A stretch of DNA of 54,658 nucleotides, counting the filler, from Catajapyx aquilonaris (lineage: Eukaryota), in the NCBI GenBank assembly GCA_000934665.2. It is 3 parts of 3 records of this genome, joined end to end, with 100 filler letters (N's around TTAATTAATTAA, not from the genome) between each part and the next. Parts side by side here need not be neighbours in the genome. Positions count along the whole stretch, not along the records: positions 36,613 to 54,658 come from KZ539596.1; 2 more parts are not named here. One strand, given 5' to 3'. A model generated the notes under the pieces. It did not search any database and was not told the origin of the DNA. It was given only the letters and a program-made list of their open reading frames with translations. Positions within the stretch are counted from its first letter, which is position 1, and every line of letters begins with the position of its first letter. Below, piece after piece: positions 47,278 to 54,658 of this stretch. The position numbers were made by a program, and so were the translations under genes.

Positions 47278-48550
47278 TATTAGTATGTTTTAGTTAGCAA
47301 TTGTTTTGCTCCAATCGGTTTATTTTTAAGCAGTTACTTTGGAGCAGTTTGCTTGTAGTGATTATCGAACGCATTAGCTGCTAATATAATGCCGAGTTGA
47401 TTCATCCATCCAAGGGCTGAATTGCAATGAATTTCCGATTGGGTATGGCCCATTGAACGTCAATGACTGAACTCACTTTATGCACACCAGATCTAAAAAG
47501 GATGTGTCCACTCAACTTAATGTTAGCTGCTAATACTTTTGATAACCACTAAAAATAACCATTCAAAAGGAGCAGCTTAGTAGCCAAAAAATCGCGAACT
47601 GTATATTTGTGCCCGCATTTCCCCAGTGACGGGGTGGCCGACTTTACAGTATTTCAACGGGTTTCCTGTTGGAAAGCGTTCCACCTTGTATCCCATCCCG
47701 TATGCATCCTCCGGTGATGTATAGTCGTAATTTCTGACACGTCCATCACTTCTCACGCCATCCCAGCCCTAAGAAACCAGTGATATTTTTAGGATGAAGC
47801 TAGCAATATCCCTACGGGCACTGGCTAAACTTACGTTCAAAGGGCGGCATAAATATTACCTGAAGCAAAATGGTAAATATTGAAATCCCGACCTGCCTCA
47901 ACCCTTCATTAAGAAATCCGCAGCCCTTTGTCCTAACTCGCAGCCTCATAACATGGGCTGAAAGCTTGACAGGCATCAGGCTGCCGGCTGTTTACACTTA
48001 ACTAAGTTTCTCCTTCCGCCATTTTTGTCTCAAGTCTTCACTTTTATTGAATTCCCGATCGTGTGTATCGAGGTTGCCGGAAAGGAAATTTTACTCATCC
48101 GTTAACAGCTATCCCTTGATGAGCTAGGTTACTTGGAGGTTCTTGCTATAGAAGACACTAGTAGGCCAGGGTTACACTATATAGCTACGCCTAATCCTGT
48201 CCGGAGGCCTACCTGCCATTATTCATCTCTCTAGTTTTAGACGCTCGGGACAGGGGCATGTACGTGTGCCTCCCGTTTCCAGTGTATAGTATTATTCAAA
48301 TCAAGTAAATTAGAGTGAATTTCTACCCAACTATGGACGCAATTACACGCAGTCCAGGCAAAGGCTTTATTTAAAAACTGGGACATGTCACTTACAAAAG
48401 GAGTGGATTGCCCCTAACTCTTTCACACACTTTAGATTCAAAACACAGTTACTATCAAACAGTATAGGGCTAATAATAATATTACAATAATTTACAATAC
48501 TGAGTGTAGTCGTGTAGATCTTTCAAGTTCTTAAACGCCTATAGTGCATA

Positions 48551-49210
48551 TGAGGGCTAGTCGGAAAATAAATTTCGCGATACACCATGCAACGGACAGG
48601 GTAAAGACGAGCATAGGCAGGTACGTTCATCCTTCCTCTACTTTGTAGGACGGATAGGCGCCATCTCGAAGCTTATGCACAGGCGCGGCAGCCGTGGGAC
48701 GAGACCGAATGGCGAGCTGAGCGTCCCCGCTCACATTCAGCCAGGAAATATCATGCCAAACAGAGAGTGTTGGTCACATAGACGAAGGCACATGTTAGAA
48801 CACTTGATGACACTCTCGGTAATTGCCGTGGCCGGTAGTCGGGGTCTATGGATGTCCTTCACGCTCGCGAGCTCATTCCGAAATTGCTGGCACCATATCG
48901 CCGCACGATTTGCTCAGGCATGGCATCTCCGGACCATACACTCCACTAGCCAGCGATAAATGTCGTATGTCGTATGTCGTATGTCAAATGTCGACCACTC
49001 TCTGTCTGGCATGACTTCTCCTGGCGGAATGGATCGTCACTCTGTCTCGTCCAACGGCTGCCGCGCCTGCGCATAAGCTGCAAGAAGGCGCCTACCCGTC
49101 TTATAAAGTAGGTAGAGGAAGGACCAACGTACCTGCCCATGCTCGTCTTTACCCCGTTGCATAGTGTCGAAACTGTAGCAACGCGAAACTTATTTTCCGA
49201 TTAGCCCTCG
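48551..49210. mobile_element. mariner-type MITE (660 bp, ~165-bp TIRs)
   Basis: ta|tgagggctagtcggaaaataa ... ttattttccgattagccctcg|ta. Confidence 0.88.
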
Positions 49211-49651
49211 TACGTATAACATCCATTACCTATACATCAGATCCCCCCCCCAACAACTGCTGCGATGAGCTCTGAGAGATATGCACTCCAAATCCTCACG
49301 AACAGAAGCTTTGTTTTGTACCTGGCACTTCGTAATCTCCAATCAAACAACAAAAAATAATTACAAACGTCCGAATTACATGTAGGATAACCAGAAAAAC
49401 ATTAAACAACGGTAGTGGCAAAGCACATTAAACAAAATGTCTTTCCATATCACCAGTTTAATTAGTCCACGTCAATCCGCCCCAACGTATTGTGCTGGAC
49501 TTTTACAGCAGTCGGGCAAGCATTTCAGGCACGCAATGAGTATCACTCTGTTAAATAATATTTGTACATGTAGCAGCACCCTGGGTCAATTTTCGCTATG
49601 AACTCGAACAGTTCAGTGATACATACTCAAAACGTACAACACATACATGAA

Positions 49652-49803
49652 CACCCATAATGTGTAGTGGTTAGAGCCACAGCCTTCCACCGCTGAAGTC
49701 CCGAGTTCGATCACCACACAGAGAGGATTTCTCATGTGGATAGTTTCGATGGGAACTCTCCGTGCTTGCATGCGTATTCTCAGGGTACTTCCGTCTCTTC
49801 TAC
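49652..49803 (+). mobile_element. Degenerate tRNA-derived SINE 5' part with a V-domain-like core
   Basis: A-box-like tgtgtagtggtt at 49661, B-box gagttcgatcacc at 49703, then ttctcatgtgga...ccgtgcttgcatgcgtattctcagggtacttccgtctcttc. Confidence 0.6.
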
Positions 49804-50354
49804 GATCACTATTGTGACATCGCTAGTAGATGGAGTTAGTTGTTGGCAGTTTGGCCAAGTGATGGCAGGATGCGGGGGTGTCAGGTGGGAACCTGGAGGA
49901 AGGCGGGCAAGTTTGTAGTTAGTCGTGAATCAGCCTCTGTAGAGGTTGGTTCTGATAAACAGATTGTTAGCAACCCGTGTATTATTGCACCACGACCCTG
50001 AGGCGACCTCTCGAGGACAGGAGTCACGACCTTGGAAGGCCACACCTCACAATATCAATCACGAGGTGTCCAGTTTATTAATTAATGAACATGACTCCTA
50101 CCACACAACCAAAAAATGCAGTGTGCTTACTGTAGGATACTACAAGTCGATATGATTTATTTTTGTGGTCACATGGATGAAAATTCTCCGGACCGGATAT
50201 TTTATTCCCGGCCCATATACTGCAGCCTAACTTGTGTGAATCGATAAAATGCATCCCGTACCGTGCCGTACAGTACTCGGAAAAATTTGTTGCCGATGTA
50301 CCACCTTTTCCCCCGTCCCCCTATCAGTTACCCCCTCCCACTTCTTGCCCCCCC

Positions 50355-50512
50355 NNNNNNNNNNNNNNNNNNNNNNNNNNNNNNNNNNNNNNNNNNNNNN
50401 NNNNNNNNNNNNNNNNNNNNNNNNNNNNNNNNNNNNNNNNNNNNNNNNNNNNNNNNNNNNNNNNNNNNNNNNNNNNNNNNNNNNNNNNNNNNNNNNNNNN
50501 NNNNNNNNNNNN
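50355..50512. other. Scaffold gap (158 N); a 12-N gap also lies at 37566-37577
   Basis: Direct reading. Confidence 0.97.
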
Positions 50513-52515
50513 CTACTTGCATCCCCCACCCCCACCCACCCCATCTCTCTCCCATTTTCACTCGGTCTGTAACCCACGTAATTTTATGTATGGGCTTGGC
50601 TATTCGTAATTTACGACCATTTGCTCCGATAACCACTCACTCTTTCCTCCCCACCCCCGCCTTCCCCCACCATTTTTTTCGGCGGGTATGGCAAGCAGCA
50701 AAGCATCGGTCATAATTCTCCCATCTGCTGCTACACATCGAATCATCCTCATCGCTATTAGCATAACATGTAGTTGTCAATTAGAACGGGCAGGTCGCGC
50801 GTCTGCTGTTACAAGGGATCCAATCGCGGCTAATAACATCCATCAAAGCACTTTGGAACCCAAGTGCGGAACTGTCAACTGTAAACGGGGACAAAAATGG
50901 ACCTGCAGATACTATTGCCCGCTACATACGGTACAGTCGCCGGAAATACTGTTCGTATCATAAATTCGCGTAATGTACACGCGCAAATAATTTATGTGTT
51001 CAATCATTTGTAGAGTCAATAGCGTCTCGTTTAGCAAATAATGGCCATTTATTAAATAATTTATTATGCACATGGGACAATACATAACATGTCAGCTATT
51101 AAATGGTGCAGAGTACAGGACCGGGTATGCTTAATAGCACGATGCCTGTACTGTAAAGTACGCTATTTACTTAACCAACAACCAAACATTATGTAGTATT
51201 ACCCTGACGTAGGAATAATTAACATAATAAAACGCCCACAATTTGAAGGGCATGACGTCATAAGCGATGAAAATCTCTAAAAAATGACACGGGATTTTCA
51301 TGTTTTTATTTACACGTTCCCATAGAACGACTTGGCCACAATATTCAAACGCTCCAGCAGATCAAGGATAGGTCCAAATCGCCTTCTTTTCGCGGCCGTA
51401 ATGGGAAAACCAATAAATTATAGGGGAAAGGGAGAGGGAATGGCCTGAGATGGGTGTGGGTAGGGGGTCCCACCGTCCCCTCCCACAAAATTAAGCCCAT
51501 TTTTGAAGGCCATGAAATCCCATTAGCCAGTCGCAGAATATTAAAATCTTGTCAGTCAAGAATTTTAAGGACGTGAGTGGGAGTAAGCTGCCACTTCACA
51601 GCTTTTTCCAGCTGATAAAGGTGCCCACCCCCTCCCTTCTCATAAACTCCACCCAGCAGTCCAGGAATCCCTCCCCACCCCCCACCCCCACCCCAAAAAA
51701 ACAACGAAAAAATGGCCAAAACCCGTAGATGGTGCTCTGTCAGGATTTTAACTTAAGCCCTTTAATTTGGGCCCCCGTTGATGTCTCGGCACGAGTTTCC
51801 GCAGTTTCACCTTTTCCCAGCGTCACAAAAGGTGTCGGCTTGCTCTTAAATTATTTCGACAGAGTTGGATTACGATGAGAAAAAAGGCCGGAGGAAATTC
51901 CTGATCCTGTTCCTCCGAAAAATCAATTATCTTTTCATGCCGACTCCAGCCCCCCCCANCGGATCAACTTTCAGGAGAGACAAGTTTGCACCTCTGCCAT
52001 GGCCAAATCTGCCTACCACATTTCTCGCTGTCAATAATCAGACTTCCCACCAAAAAAGGGGGAATTTTCAGACAAAACTGAGGATAGTTGAATTATATTC
52101 TTCCCCTTATACAATAAGACCATTTTGTTTTTGAGTTCCACATTCCAGCTGGCACTAAATGCTTCCTCTCAACTTTCATGCAGTGGAAGTTGGGGCACAT
52201 AATATGCCATGCGGGTTATTTCTCCCAGCATATAAACAGAACTACAGACTGGTTGCTGCACTGCACAAGTTCTCAGTTCAAGAGGAAGGGTTGGTGAAGA
52301 AGTTACGGTTTGTTTGCTCCAGCAACTAGTTTTAAGAGAGTCGACAATCCCAAGTGAATGTGGCCATAATTGGTGCTATCAATGGGTTGCTGCTCTTGAA
52401 ACTGGTTATGGAAGAAACAATCCATGCCATGACTCAATATGTGAGGCAATATCGCATTGTAGGTATGACCCTCTCAAGGTTACATCAAGTGTTGGGTATC
52501 AGTAACTAGAATACT

Positions 52516-52551
52516 TATTTTATTTTATTTATTTATTTATTTACGATACCC
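52516..52551 (-). mobile_element. Extremely 5'-truncated retro-insertion with (TAAA)n tail and 16-bp TSD
   Basis: cagtaactagaatact at 52500-52515 and 52552-52567 flanks tattttattttatttatttatttatttacgataccc. Confidence 0.65.
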
Positions 52552-53063
52552 CAGTAACTAGAATACTAGATAGTTGTGACAATAACCATTTCACTTTGCA
52601 TCCCCTGCACACCACTGTTCTACCCTATTGGGCTTGTTCTACTGGGTATGTGTATACAATACATTTAAATGATATGGATGTTGGACATCTGACACTCAAT
52701 TCACAGTTTACATGCATTTCAGCAACTAGTTTTAGCTGTCTGGCTGGTACTGTGCATGGGCAACTTTGAGGACTTCCCCTCCAAGGTCTCAGGTATCGGT
52801 ACCGGGTCTGGATCCAGTGATCACTAAAACAGACCAGAAGCATGTTACTGACAGGTGAGATGCATTTAAATTGTGAGTTGAATATCTATTCTAATCAACG
52901 CACTAGCCCCTTGGCAGCCTACACCATATGTTGCTCAAAGTGATCATTCTTGCTACTCACATAATATGTCACCACTAGTCTGATTTTATGACGGATTTAA
53001 ATGTTCACTTACATGCCTTTATAAGAGAAGCATGTTATTCCCACAAGAAATGTGACACCCTTA

Positions 53064-53196
53064 TGCTCGATTGCACCAACCAAAATTACCGATCTGATAG
53101 CTCCTAATCCTAATGGTTCATTAGGAGCCCTTTTAACGTGTGCTAATGATCAGTTAGGAGCTATCGAATTGGTAATTTCGTTGGTGCAATCAGGCA
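53064..53196. mobile_element. Harbinger-like MITE (133 bp)
   Basis: tta|tgctcgattgcaccaac ... gttggtgcaatcaggca|taa. Confidence 0.75.
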
Positions 53197-54658
53197 TAAA
53201 TCTTTTAACATCACTGGCATACCATACTGCATAAATATACATTGTCATATTATAGCCTTCAAGTTATGTGTCTAATTATTATGATAAACTGCACATGATG
53301 AAACTTACAGCATGGTCATTTGATCATCTCTTCTTGCTCAACAGTAGCATAACTCACAGAAAATGTCTAAAGTGACCAAATGCATCAAATGCACTATAAA
53401 CACTATAAACTTTTCACACAACAGACATGCCAATTGAGGAGCTCGAAAGCAAAAGCAGCTACGTCCATAATAAGAAAGTTTACAGGAAAGGAGAAAAACC
53501 TGTCATTTGGAAACGGTTGCAAACTGAAAGTAGCTGATAGGGGGAGTCATGAGATGCCATTTTTATGCATTTTTAAATGTAAGTTTTGAAAATCGTGGAC
53601 TGGTAGTTTAGTAACAAATTTGGAGGTCGGTTTGGAGGTAGAGCTCCGGATTTGCTCCGAATCTAGCGCATCTAGTGGGTTTTGCTTGAGAAAAAGTATT
53701 TTTTCCACATATATGATTTTTTAAACAATAATATGGAAAATGTTAAAATAAGGATTCCACTACTCATGAGACAATCTCATGTATATGTTTCATATAGATA
53801 CAAAAAAAAACTAAATTTAACACATTTAACATTACGGTAAAATTTATCTTATTGGAGCTGGCTTGTTATGTACACAAACTTGGATCTAGCTGCTTTTGCA
53901 TGCAGAAAATGTACTTTATGGCTTGGATGTAGCTGTTTTTGCTTAGGACACGCATATTTGGAGCCATTTTACACCCATTTCTATGTGGCTGTGCTACACC
54001 ATATTTGGGCACTGGGTAGAGGGCATCATGGAGAATCCAATGCCACTTCAAACTCATTTTTTCCCACAGTCAGATCTAGCTGCTTTTGCTTGGGAGCTCT
54101 TCAATTGATAAATCTGATTAAGGATGTTAGCAAGATACATAATCTGTAGGACACCTATTTTGCTTGGTCAACTAAGATTTTTGGTCCAAATTGTGCTTGA
54201 TAGTGTGTACTAGAAAGGTGATACCTAGTACTGAAAACTAGGGATACAGAGTTGAGATACTGGGGTCAAAGTGCAGTATAAAAGTGCCACCTCTATGAAT
54301 GGAATGCATTTAATCACACTTTTCCCCTTCACCCCCAGGTCCACATAATTATATTACACTGAACAGCTTTGCTGTTGTTCTCTCACCAATACCACCACCA
54401 CTACTACTACTCTACTGGCTGGTTCCATTTCAATCCAGACGGAGGGTGCCCAGTCATGGTCTTCGTTTTTTTAAAAATATATATATACTATATGTGAAAC
54501 CCACATCCAATTGAACCATTAAGGAGCAATCAGTTTTACGAGATTAAATTTAGTTATCGAGATATTAATATTTCTTTCAAGGGGTACCAAAATAACCTTC
54601 ACGGGAAGGTGCTCTTTTTCCATTGCTTTCAATGAGTATAATTCGGGAACTGTTCTGA

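Noticed and set aside
53590..54658. Possible repeat element at the window end
   Set aside because: It has a short internal repeat (gatctagctgcttttgc) and transposon-like texture, but no termini or TSD can be defined within the window.

Overview
Eukaryotic genomic DNA, most likely from an arthropod. It is not prokaryotic, and nearly all ORFs in the supplied track are spurious. One real gene is visible: four + strand coding exons (24854-25161, 26668-26764, 31727-31954, 34926-35127) that splice in frame into about 278 aa. They cover the N-terminus and TM1-TM5 of a GnRH-receptor-superfamily GPCR of the adipokinetic hormone (AKH)/RPCH receptor type. I found no TM6-TM7 exons in the window. Two artificial 100-nt spacers (44 N + TTAATTAATTAA + 44 N) at 18386-18485 and 36513-36612 bracket the gene-bearing segment, so contiguity across them is unproven. 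The rest is a dense, nested set of non-autonomous transposons: Tc1/mariner, pogo/Tc2, PIF/Harbinger, hAT, piggyBac-like, Academ-like and P-like MITE/foldback elements, a tandem Helitron and two tRNA-derived SINEs. The most unusual signal is a three-copy hairpin family (6319-6694, ~36852-37205, 41821-42139). It has P-type 8-bp target duplications but almost no terminal inverted repeat, arm substitutions mirrored within each copy, and a 42-nt core found in both orientations relative to its asymmetric ends. All alignments and family assignments were made by eye.
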